A stretch of DNA of 64,000 nucleotides from Cenococcum geophilum (Eukaryota), in contig CP158636.1 of assembly GCA_050273025.1 (NCBI GenBank), positions 6,882,001 to 6,946,000 of the forward strand, read 5' to 3'. Position numbers and translations under genes: made by a program. The notes beneath the pieces are model-generated. The model was not told the DNA's origin. It saw nothing but the letters and a program-made list of their open reading frames with translations, and made no database searches. Positions 22,548 to 35,475 of this stretch are shown in pieces (positions within the stretch are counted from its first letter, which is position 1; every line of letters starts with the position of its first letter).

Positions 22548-25500
22548 TAAATAAGTTACTGTTATATAGTCCTTATACAACACAATATAGGAGAAGGACT
22601 AAATAGAATAGACTAAAGAGAAAATCCTAGACTAGGTTAAAGCTACTAATAATCTCTCTGCCTCTCCTAAACTTAATAGTATTACTGGCCTTATACCTAA
22701 CCTACTTAACCAAATTCGTCCTATAAACCTAAGCAATTTTGGAATTAATCTTACGGGCTAAAGCACACCTAGTACCCAAGTTACAGACCGTAATACCCCC
22801 GTAAACCAAAATACGGACTAAAACCCTTCTATCGCCAAAGCTACAGATCCGCAACCTGCGCAAGCTATATATCTATAAACTATATATCCGCAAGCCATAT
22901 ATCCGCAAGCTATAGATCCGTAAGTTATAGATCCGTAACGCACCTAAGTAAAGACCTATGGCAAGGAGCTAGTAAACCTAGCTAAGCTCTATACTAACGA
23001 ATCTAAGTATAGCGGTGAAAATAACAACTTTAACTTTAAACTAACTATCTTTACGGACCTCTACCAGAAGGCTAATATTCCTAAACAGGAATTTAGCTAA
23101 GCCTACTCTACTATACTACGCAGCCTAGCACTTAACCACTACTATACTAACCTCAAGAGTAACCCCCTTGGTGTTCCCTTTAATAAGCTATACGAAGCTA
23201 CCCGTAACTACTTTAAAGGACCGGAATATAAGCGTAATATCCTTACCTAATGGAATGCGACTAAGCTATAGACTGTAATTGATAAGAATACTAAAAAATT
23301 AACTATAGAGTGCCTGCAAATTCTTATTAAAGACCTCCGGCACCTACAGCACGGCCTTAACGCTAAGCTTTAAATAGACGATTTCCTGCATAATAAACTT
23401 ATTACGGCCTACTAGGAAGTAGAGCCCTATAAGTACGCCTACTACAAGCCTACAGATACCTTAGCTGGCCTTATTAACGATCTACGCTCCTCTATTATAA
23501 TATACGAAGTCTTAAACCCACTAGGTAGCACTTAAGCCTTTACTATAGATATTTAATATCCGCAAACAGACTTAGACGTCTACTTTACGGACCGCTACTA
23601 CCGCTAGCAGCACCTATATCGACTAAGCCCTACCCGTAACCCCTGTAGCAACCCCTATACGAAAATATACCCCCGCAGACAAACTAGCTAGAAGTACTTC
23701 GTATGCAGTAAGGAAGGATATTGGTCTATAAGGTATACCCAGGAAGAACGTAACAAGTTTAGGAAGAGACTTAATAGCCATATTAACCAGTTCATTTTAG
23801 AATACAAAGGAGAGGAAGTAGAAAAGCCCCCTAATAAGTCAATAGAAGCCCTTATAATTAACTTTAATTTAGACGCTTAGGAATAAGAGACCTCAGAGAC
23901 ATTTCTAACCACTTTTGGACCTTTTACGGACAGCTAAGCCTTTAATATTACGACCGCATTAGCCGACCGCTTCTTCGTACACTTAATTGCACCCAAAAAC
24001 CAGCCTATAAGCACACCCGTTAGACCTATTATAGACATTACAGACCCTGACTAGGACCTATTTATATATATTACTATAGAACGCTACACCCCCAAAGAAT
24101 TCTACGGTGTTATAATTGATATAGGTGCCTCTAAGAAGTCTACCGTAGGCTATAGACAATACCTCGCATATAGGACCACTATAAATGACAATATGGACAT
24201 CGATATTACGTAAACTGGGGCCGTAAACGTCCAATTCGGCATCGGCTTAACCGCATTAATTGGATTAGTTAAAGTTAAGACTCTAATTAGCCTAGTTGAC
24301 TTCTACGTAGTAAAAGCAGACACCCCCTTCCTACTCTGTCTTGCAGACATAGATAGGTTATAGGTGTACTATAATAATGTTACGGACACCTTAATCGGCC
24401 CCGCAACTGCCCTAGAAAGCAAGTATATTACCCTACTAATTATATAACGATTCGGACACCCGTTCCTTATATAGGGAGAGACTCTACGGACGTACATTTA
24501 GGAATCCTTTAACTATTACCTATGCTACCTTACTAGTACGGAGATCCACCGTCTATACCGCCGTTTCGGCTACCCGTTAGCCGAAAAGCTATATAGAGTC
24601 CTTAAACGCTCTAGACATAACGTTAACAGAAAGGCAGTTAATTACCTAACTAAATACTACTCCTTCTGCCAGAAATACGGACGTTCCCTAGGCCGATTTA
24701 AGTTTACCCTTTATAAGGACCTTAACTTTAACCACTTAGTATACGTGGACATTATGTATATTAACGGCAGTCCAGTATTATATATAATTAACGAGGTAAC
24801 CCACTACTAAGCCGCCCGTTAGTTACAAAATATATTTATAAAATATACTTAGGATATTTTACGGACCTACTAGATCGACATATACGTCAGACCTCCACAG
24901 TATATTACCCACAACGCTAGTAGGAACTTTATTAGCAAGAAATTCCAGTAGTATGCTATAGCTATAGCTATATTAATAAAAGCTGTTCCAGTTAAGGCGC
25001 ATTAGTCTATTAGGCTTATTAAGCGAGCTTATTTAGCTCTATAGAGAGCTTACCAGATCATTATAGACGAGTATAAGGATATTTAAAAGGAACTGGCTTT
25101 ACAGATAGCTATAAAAGCCGTTAATAATACCGCTAGCCCTAACGGACTAGTACCTACCCTCTTAGTTTACGGAGCCTACCTAAGGATAAGTAACCTAGGC
25201 CCTCCTACCCCGTCTATTACGGAATAAGCAGCTGTAATACGGAAGGCAATAGCCGAAATAGTTAAATTACGGGCTAAATAAGCTGTTAATAGCGCCTTAT
25301 ATTACCGTAACGGACCTAATACAACCTTAGTTTATAACCTCCCGCTTAATTCTAAAGTCCTCATATAGCGTAAAAGCGGCAACTGGACGGGACCTTACTG
25401 TTTACTAGCCGTAGAAAACGAAACGTGCTGCGTATAACTCCTTAGCGGACCAACCAGCTTTAGGAGCACGTCTGTAAAACCCTACTTTCGGCCTAAAAAC

Positions 25501-27213
25501 ACCTATAACGTCGAGCTAGATAAACTGGAAGCACCCGTTAAACTAGACAAACCGGAAGCACCTACCAAACTAGATAAACTGGAAGCACCCCTACCTACCT
25601 TAGAAGTCCCCTAGAAACCTACTAAACCTACTATAAAGCGTGGTTGAAGACGCCCCTAAAAGCACCCCGTAACTAAGAACACTATAATAGAAAATCACCT
25701 AACCTCCGCAGGAATATCCGTAAGGTAATCTCCGCCTGCGGATATATTAGTTCTAGTATAGGAAACCCCTTTTATAGACTTATAACGCAAAGAGATTAAC
25801 GGACTACTTAAGAAGGGCGTCTTTGCGGTTATAACGGAGAAAGACGTTCTATAAGGCGTCCGTATATTTAACTTACGCTTTATTAATAAAATTAGGCACC
25901 CTGGTACTAATAAAGCCTTTAAAAAGTCAAGGCTTATTATATAAGCTTATAACGACTAGGGAAAAGACTTAGTCCTTACGCAATCGCCTATAATTTAACG
26001 AGTTAGTTAACGGATTATACTTATACTTACGCCTGGACTACAGCAAACTAAGCCCGTAGCCCTATACTTACGGGATATCTTATAAGCCTATATACAGTCT
26101 AATACTTACCTAAGTAGGGATATCTTTATATAACCACCCTACGAGCTTAACCTATAACCAGGAATAATTTTATGGGTTATAAAACCTCTTTACGGAGTAC
26201 CAGAAGCCGGAAACCATTGGTTTAAGATATACTACCAGTACTACGTTAGTAAACTTAAAATAGAACAGTTAACCTATGACCCTTGCCTCCTATACACCCT
26301 ATTAAACGGCCTTAGTATTGTTGGACTCCAAATAGATAATACTCTCTTTTTAGCGGACTAGACTTTTATGGATGCCGAAGAGACTAAACTTTAAGAAGCT
26401 AAGTTCCTAGTAAAGCTGTAAGAGCAGTTAACTAAGCAGACTCCGATTAAGTTTAACAGAGGCTTAATTATATAAAAGGGCAATTTAATCTAGCTAACTT
26501 AGGAACGCTAAGCTTAAAACCTAAAGCCTGTTATAGCAAAGCCTATAGACCTTATTAGTTCCCGCGGAGAAACCTATAAGACCGTAAATATAAAGGACTA
26601 ATACGCTGCACAGCGTGTAAAAGGCGCCTATATTGCTACAGTCTGCCAACCCAAATCTGCCTATGACTTATCCTTTACGGCCCAGGCAATAGACCTATAA
26701 AAAGAAAATGTTAAGCAGCTTAATAAGCGCATTTAGTGGCAAATGTTACGGACGCTTTAAGTACTATGTTATGACTACTTGGAGAGGAGTCGGAAGAAGC
26801 TAGTTGGTTGATTTAAGCACGGTTTAGGATGGAACCGGTAGAACTATGTGATGAGGAATAGTAACTGAGGTTATATAACATGCTATGTATTAAATAAGAG
26901 GAACGAGAGGAACTTATGTACCTTATATATAAGACGTATATTACGTATAGGAAGGATTTTATAGGAGTACGGTTATGTATTTAAGGACCCTTAGTCCCTA
27001 CCTGGATAGTTCCTTCTTTGTAGTAATTCTTAGAATATAATTGGAGTTAATCTGTTAGGCAACCACTCCACTAGTTGTTATTACGTTGTTAACTACTATC
27101 TTTATATTTCCTATACACCTAGCCCATTAACGAGCCTATCGTAGTTCCTACTATAAGGTTCCGTTACACAATTATTACCTAGTTATAGTATTAAATATAG
27201 AAAGTCAAATAAC

Positions 27214-30200
27214 ATGCTACCAAAAGCAGCTACTACGACGCTATTGATGGCGGCAACTACGTTAAGGTTAGGGGGTGACACTAGTATAGCGGACACTGAC
27301 TCGTAACAACCTGTGACGGTAGGACAATTATAAGAAATAGTTAACTAGTTAATAGAAAACAATATAGCACTTAAATAAAGGATTAACGGGATAGGCGTAG
27401 TAAAGGTTAAGTTACTATCAATCGAAAGATTCTTAGGAGAGAGATCAAAGCTTAAAGGATTCCTTACGTAAATGCATTTTAAAGTTACGCAAGAGGGAGT
27501 AAAGCTGGCGACACCTATAGATTAAATAGCGTATGCAGGGTTATTCTTAATAGGAAGAGCACTTAAATGGTTTAAGCCTTACCTTATAGAGATATAAGCA
27601 AATAGAATAACAACTATAAACTAAGAGGTATAGTTTATGTTCTTAAGCTAGAACGGATTTGTAGAGCGACTTATATAAATATTCGGAGACCCAGAGGTAG
27701 TAACCACGGTAAAAAGAAAACTCTAAGATATTACGCAGCGAACCTTAGCAATTAAGTATATAACGCAGTTTTAAACATTAGTAATATAAGTTAAGTGGAA
27801 TAATAGGGCGCTTATGGCATAGTATAAATAGGGACTTAAGGCTAAAGTCTAGGACGTAATTATTCTAATGGAAGATATAAATACCCTAAGGGAACTAATA
27901 GATTAAGCGATAAAGATTAATAATAGGATCTACTAAAGGGAACAGACTAAGAGAGGTTAGGATAGAGTTTTATAGTTATATAAGACGTAAAGCACGCAAC
28001 AACTAAAGTCAAGTTAGAAACTATGGTATGGCGTAGAGTTAATGGACCTAAGTAGTACTAAAGAAGCCTATAAGAGATAAAGTAAGAAACTATAGAAACC
28101 TAGAGGTTAAGGATTTAGTGATTACAGGACTAAGGAGTAGAGGCTAAACCAGGGATCTTAGTAGTAGAAGATGTTTAGGCGGACTCTATAATAAAGTTAA
28201 TAGTTTAAAGATAGAGCTTATATAAATTGCGGAAAATAGGGTCACTTTATAAGGGATTGTAAAGATAGTTAGAGTTACTATGTAATAAAGGGAACCAGAC
28301 TAATAGTAGAAGACACACACGTATAGAGGAACGATAGTGTACTACGAGGAATAAAAGAGTGTTTAATTAAAAGTTTTGCGTTTTATTATAATAACGTATA
28401 CCGAATTTATAAAGACGCTAAGTACGGTATAAGCTATTGGCTATAGGAGCTAGCATCTATAGGATGTAGAGGAACTAATAAACCAGTTTATAGATCGGAT
28501 ATTAAGGACGATAAATTTAATGTAGGTAAAATATTTTATAACAATGAGGCAACGGAGGCAGCTTACTAGGAGTATGTAGACCTTAGAGATGTTATACTAG
28601 AGGTAGAGGATAATTCTACTATAGAATAGGGAACATTAGTAGGGATCGAGACCCTACTAGACACGATGTCTATTGCTTTACAAGACGTAAGAGAAGTAGG
28701 ACAGCGAACTACTTTAGCACTTAATAAAGGCAAAAGGCTAAAGGCTTAAGATTCTTAAGACGAGATAAGAGATAACTAAGATTCTTAAAGTGAGATAAGG
28801 TACACCTAAGGACCTATAATGGACGAAAACTGATAGAGTAGGGCAGTAGCTTAGTTTAAAGACATATAAATAAGCTCGGGACAAGAATTCCCAACGGTAT
28901 AAGATTCTTAAGACGAGATAAGTGAGATTTAAGACTCTTAAGACGAGATAAGAACACTACGGATGCCTAGTTAGACTAAGGCGGGAGCTAAGCTTAAGTT
29001 AGAAGCAAGCTTAGGATTAAAGAATCTAAGAGACTAAGAATTTAGAGTGTAAATTAGGACACCTATAAGCAAGAGGTAAGGAGCTTCTTTATAGATTAGA
29101 GAATCTATAGCGCAAACAGTAATTAGACTGGGAGATAGATATATAGACCTAGAAGACTTACTAGGGGAATATAGTATTCGGCCTAAAGATTAAAAAGTTA
29201 ATACTAAGATTAAGAAGTAAGGAGACTTTAAGGATTTACTTATAAGACGCGATATAAAGGAAACTATAAAGGAATTTAGAGCAAGAATTACCTTATAGCA
29301 AGAATAGAAACTAGATAAGAGATCTAGCATATTAGGACGTATAAGGGATAGAGCGCTAGTACAAAGAATCACTAATAGGCCTAGAGCAGGCATATTAAAA
29401 GCTAAGTGGCTTACTAAACTGGAATAAGAAGAGGATCTAGGGATTCCTATTAGGTTTAAGGAATGACATACTAAAGGCTATTACAACGCAGTAATAAAGA
29501 AATATTTCCTTATAGATAAGCTATATACACTTAGGCAACTGTACTAAAAGTGGTATAGGCAACGATATAATAATAAGTGGGAAGATTTCTATATGTGGTT
29601 AGACGAGAAAGTTATCTAAAACTACCTAATTATAAAGAAGGCTATAACTTACATTAAGGGGGCTTTAATTATAATATTAAAGGATCTAAAGGAGTAATTA
29701 GAGGACTAGAGAAGCAAAAGACGAATCTTAGTACCCGCGAATAAAGTCGTAACGCTTAAATTAACACAAGAAAGGTTTAAACTTAGGGATAAGAATAAGC
29801 CGAGAGTTAACCTAAGACATTAAGCATATTATATACTATTGTGGATAGCATACGTGGATAATATATATAATATGCATAGAGCACTAAAGGATAAAAAATA
29901 GAAGTATTTAATAAGGATGTATTGGATAACGGATAAGGCGAAGTATTAAAACGTTAAGTATATATATGGTTGGCACCTAGTAGAAGTTTAAAAATAAGGG
30001 GACTTAATACTTTAACCAGGAAGATTCCTTATAGAAGAATGCCTAGATAGATAATAATAGTAGGAATGTCTAGAGAATACCTGTCTATAGTATATTAAAG
30101 ATAAAAAATAAACTAAGTATTGGCTTAAGTTAGACTAAGTATAAACAGGATCTAGTAGCTAATAGTTAGGAAAAGTAAAGGCCTACGGGACCAAAGGGAG

Positions 30201-33200
30201 CTAGTGGTAGAGCCTTAGACCCTTAAAGGAATTTAAGGACGATACCTAAATTTATAAGTTAAATAGTAAGATTAATAGTTTGAGGTATTAATAGATAGTG
30301 GAGTAATAAGGAACTATATCTTGTTAACAGTAGTTAAAAAAATAGGGTTATTATATAGGCAGAAGGAACGTCCTTACCTATTAGTAATAATTTTAGGAGA
30401 TCTGATAGCCTATAAAGGAGGTATTATTAATCTTAAAATAGGACCTATTTAGCTAATTATTAAGGGAAAACAAATCGAGATGTCTTTTAATATATTACTA
30501 TTAGGGAATAATAAGGCAGTATTAGGAATGCCTTAGTTATAGGAATATAATCCAAAGATTGATTAGATTATAGGTTAGGTTAATATTAGAGATACTTAAC
30601 GCCGCAAGATATAATAATAAGCTAAGCTAGTATGGTACTAAGTAGGAGCAACCTATAAAGAAACGGAAAAAGGGCTAAGCTATATACCAAAGAGATACCA
30701 TAAGTATGGCAAGAAACTATAGTCACCTAAGAGTAAAAAGCTATTAGAGTATATAGTATAGGACTATAAAATAGAATTGGAACTAGGAATAAGTTTAAGG
30801 TTTTTTCTAATCTATAAGCTTACCGAAGAAGAAGGTAGAGTATTAAAAGAGTTTATCTAGGAAAACTTATAAAAGGGATATATTAGACTATTACAGTTAT
30901 TAGCGGGATATCTAGTACTATTTATACCAAAAAAGAATAGCAAACTAAGGCTATATATTAACTATAGATAGTTAAACAGCATTACTAGAAAGGATAGGTA
31001 TTCTTTACCCTTAATTAGCGAAATCTAAGATAGGATAGGCAATGTATAAATCTTTACAAAGATAGATCTAAGATAGGCGTACCATTAGATTAGAATTAAG
31101 GAAGGCGATAAATAGAAGGCAGCCTTTAGGTTAAAGGAAGGACTATATAAACTATTAGTTATGCAATTTAGGCTTATAAACGCACTAGTAATATTCTAAA
31201 AGCGTATTAATAATATATTAGGAGAATATTTAGATGAATTTGTTATAGTATACCTTAATAATATTATTATCTACTTAATAACTAAGGAAGAACACGGGGA
31301 ATATATTAAATGGGTTTTAAAGAGACTATAAGAGGAACAAATACTAGTAGTAATTAAGAAATGCGAGTTCTTTACTAGGAAGACCGATTTTATTAGATTT
31401 ATTATTAAATTAGGCTAACTTAGTATAGATCTAAAGAGAATTAAGGCTATAGTAAATTGGTAAGAACTAGAGAACGTTACGCAGTTAAGATTATTCCTAG
31501 GGTTTTGCAATTACTATAGAAGGTTTATAGCGTAGTAGTTAAAAGATATTAAACTATTTACGCAATTAATAAAGAAAGAAGAACTATAGGTATAGGGAGA
31601 GGAATAATAGGAGCTATTTAAGAGGATTAAAGAGTTATTTACCTAGGAGCCAGTTCTTAAGATCTATTAACTAGGACTAGAGACGGTTATAGAAATAGAT
31701 ATATTAGACTTTATACTAAGAGTATATTTTATATAAAGGTATCCAAATAGATAGTATCTAGTGGCATATTATAGTCGGAAGATAATACTACTAGAGTTAA
31801 ACTATAATATCTATAATAAGAAGTTGTTAAGTATAGTTATAGTATTAAAGGAATAGAGAGCGTTCTTATAAGGCATAGAGAAACTATTTATAGTTAAAAC
31901 GGATTAAAAGAACCTAACGGGGTTCCTAATAACTAAAGAACTTAACTAAAGACAGGTTAGATAGGCAGAAATGCTTATAGAATACCATTTTAAGATTTAG
32001 TATACTAAGGGTATAGATAACACGCGAGCCGATGCGTTAAGTTAAAAGGCTAAACTATAAAATAACGATAAGCTATTAGGGGCTTTACTGCAAAAAGACA
32101 CGGATAAACTAATTAGGTATAATTATCTAAAGATTATAGTAACTTAAGAAAATAAGCTAGAAAAGGTCTACGAGATACTAGAAAGCTTTTAGGCATAAAG
32201 AATTTTAAAAGCACAGCTAGAAGATCTATAGTTAGATATATACAAAAACTAAAAAGCAAAGTATATCCTAAGAAGCATAGCAGAGTAGTTTATAGAGGAC
32301 TTCTATAAGGGACTAACTTAAGAACATAATAGAGCTATAGGCTTAGTGTTAAGACTTTAGGAGGAGTATATTATTAACAGAATTTAAAGGATAGCTAGAA
32401 GGGTTTCTAAAGAGTGTTTAGATTACTAAAGGAATAAACTAATAAGGTATAAGCCGTATAGAGGGCTATAACCTATTAAAACACTAGAGAGACCATAGGA
32501 GGTTATATTATAGGACTTTATTATTAAGTTACTAAAGTTAAGAGATCCTATTACTGGATAAAATTATAATATAATCTTAGTAATAGTAGATAAGCTTATA
32601 AAGTGGGGATACTTTATAGCATATACGGAAGAAATCTCAGCAGAAGATATCGCTAGAATCTATGTTAAAGAAGTATTTATAAGGTATAGAGCACTAAGTA
32701 AAATTATATTAAATAGAGATTTAAGATTTATAGTAGCATTTTAGGAGGTATTCTTGGCGGAACAAGGAGTTTAAGCAGTAACTTCCACCGCATATTATCC
32801 GCAGATAGATGGTTAAATAGAAAGATTAAATTAGATACTAGAGCAGTATCTAAGGCATTATGTTAATTACGCATAGAATAATTGGGTATTGCTATTACTA
32901 GTTATATAGTTTATATATAATACAACACCATAAAAAGGAATGGGTATATTATTATTTAAGGCGAATTATGGATATAAGCCAAGAATATTATTATTGCTAC
33001 GTTAAGTAAAGAAAATAAGTAGTAGAGCTAAGTAAAGGATAGAGACTTTAATAAATCTTTATATAAACCTTATAGAAATAGCTAAGGTAGTATAGTAAAG
33101 AATAAAAAAATACTATAACGCTAAGAGATCTAAGGGACTAAATCTTAAGGAGGGAGATAAAGTATGGCTACTATATAAAAATTTTAAAAGTTAATAACTA

Positions 33201-33580
33201 AGTAAGAAGTTGGACTATGTTAGACTAGGACCTTTCGAAATTATATAAAGGATTTTACCGGTTACGTTTAAGTTAAACCTACTAGCTAAAATAAAGATCT
33301 ACCCTATATAGTATATCGCGATACTAAAGCCAGTATATAAGAATATTAAGCTACTAATTTATGAAGTAGACATATATAGAGGTTAGGAAGAAGACAAATA
33401 GTAAGTTTTAAAGATTGTTAGCTATAAGGATATTAACAATGAAATATAGTATAAGGTTAAGTAGATAGGCTATACTAAGACTACCTAGGAGCTACTAGAG
33501 AATCTAAAGAATGCTATAGGAAAGGTATAGGAGTATTAGAAGAAAATAGGTTAGGTAATATTAATAAAGAAGGATTATTA
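27214..33580 (+). pseudogene. gag-pol of Gypsy A' with an extra region of about 2 kb between the CCHC knuckle and protease
   Basis: ATG 27214; C.NCGKQGHF.RDC at about 28219; LIDSG at about 30288; YLDDIIIY at about 31251; integrase; chromodomain at about 33395-33540. End approximate. Confidence 0.88.
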
Positions 33581-34165
33581 AAGAATAAATTACCTAAGAG
33601 GGACCTAGGAAGAGTAACTGCTAAACTACTTAGAGTTGTTCCCTTTACTATAGAAGGAAAGTTAGTTCTCTTATTACCTAGTTCCTAAAGACCTTATTTT
33701 ATAAGTTTTTACTCCTTAAAACAAACCTTTTTATAAACCTTCTTAAGGCGAAGTAATTAAGTAGACGCCGCGATGCAAGTATTTAGGGCCTTCTATTCCG
33801 TATTACGAGAACATTCTAACTTAGTAAGGGCTTAAGATAGTTTACTATCTAGCTGCGCAGCAGTAGATTAAATATAAAACCCTAAGACAAATTAATTAGG
33901 GAACTAGACGACTATTAAGAGTAATAGGTCGCGTATATTTAGCATTAGAGGTAGAGCAAACATCACAGGACGAACGAATATTTGCTTTAGTGCACTCTAA
34001 GCAAGAGGACAGTTATTGCGAAGAAGGACTCGCTAACGTAATATAAACTAACCCCTCTTTCGCATAATAAGAACACAAAGACAATATAATCTTACTAAGA
34101 GATAATATCGCAGTAATAGTACGGGTATAACGTTGGGCGTATAAAGAAGAAATTGCTTTAGGCAT
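33514..34165 (-). pseudogene. Antisense Cys-cluster accessory gene of Gypsy A' (intron 33882-33936)
   Basis: ATG intact at 34165; retains several Cys codons (TGT/TGC) lost in copy A; splicing joins T|GG to give E-W and opens a coiled-coil exon. Confidence 0.72.
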
Positions 34166-35403
34166 AATAAGTAATAATATTAACTAAATTAATTAGACGG
34201 ATATTACACCTCTAGTAAACGACTTAGAGATATTAAGGATCTTTAAGGACGAAAATAAAGAGGAGGGAGATGGTATTACGGACGCTTTAAGTACTATATT
34301 ACGACTACTTAGAAAGAAGTCGGAAGAAGCTAGTTAGTTAATTTAAGTATAGTTTAAGATGGAACCGGTAGAACTATATAATAAGGAATGGTAACCAAGG
34401 TTATATAATATGCTATATATTAAATGAGAGGAATAAGAGGAACTTACGTACCTTATATATAAGATGTATATTATGTATAGGAAGGATTTTATAGAAGTAC
34501 GGTTGTGTATTTAAGGACCCTTAGTCCCTACCTAGATAGTTCCTTCTTTGTAGTAATTCTTAGAATATAATTGGAGTTAATCTATTAGGCAACCACTCCA
34601 CTAGTTATTATTACGTTGTTGACTACTATCTTTGCATTTCCTATACACCTAGCCTATTAACGAGCCTATTATAGTTCTTACTATAAGGTTCCGTTACAGC
34701 AAATTAATAATATAGTAAGGGGACTTACCTTTGTACCACTAGACCTGAACTTTCTTAGCCTACTAGTATTTATAAACGCCTCCTTTGCTAATAATAAAGA
34801 CCTATTATTATAAATCGGCTTTATAATCGTACTTACGGACTACAATTAGGACGTAAATATACTATACTAGTCTTTAATTAAGTGCAAATAAGTAACCTAA
34901 AGTGTACTAGCTTCTAAACTATATATACTAGCCTATAGCTTTAATATAGCAGCCGCAATTAAATTAACGGTCTAGAAGATTCTACAACTAGAGTAGTTAC
35001 CCCTAGTTTTATGCACTGATTTAAAGTCCCTCTATAACTACCTAGTTAAACTAGGTACAATATAAGAGAAGAGGCTTATAGTCGACCTAATATACTTACA
35101 TTAAGCCTATAAACGACGCAAGATTACGGAGGTTAAATAGATTAGCGGCGGAAATAACCTAGTAGACGCCATAACTAAGGCAAAGCCGTGTTAAGCCCTT
35201 AAAACCCTAATTAATACGAATAGGCTTAACCTAAAAGTTATAGAATAGGTAGAACGGGACTAACGGAGCACCTACGGTACGTCTACGGCCCGTTGGAAGG
35301 CCGTACGGCCCGTTATACGGTACAGGTGGAAAACGGTAGAAAGCTACGGTGGAATTTAGTAGACTTACGTAACCTGCCAAATTTTATAGGGTGGTTAAAT
35401 TAA

Positions 35404-35475
35404 CCAATTACGATTTTCCATCCCTGGGATGGAAAATCGCCATTAGCTCGCTTAGCACTAGCGCCTTAGCGGCCC
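35404..35475 (+). promoter_or_regulatory. Putative cis element: CCAAT-flanked 13+1+13 palindrome (least mutated copy of six)
   Basis: CCAATTAC GATTTTCCATCCC-T-GGGATGGAAAATC GCCATTAG; function inferred only. Confidence 0.45.

Larger units (their letters stand above)
26744..34698 (+). mobile_element. Gypsy A' - uninterrupted 7.96-kb copy of family A
   Basis: 425-bp LTRs 26744-27168 and 34274-34698; TSD GCAAA; PPT AAAGAGGAGGGAGA. Confidence 0.97.
21519..35263 (+). pseudogene. gag-pol of Copia C1 (PR-IN-RT-RH), interrupted
   Basis: De-RIP motifs IDTGAS (about 24115), HRLHRRFGHPS...CSFC (about 24547-24670), KPLYGVPEAGNHW (about 26182), GLQTDDTLF (about 26323), RNase H block 34740-35200; frame is restored when the inserts are removed. 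Confidence 0.88.
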
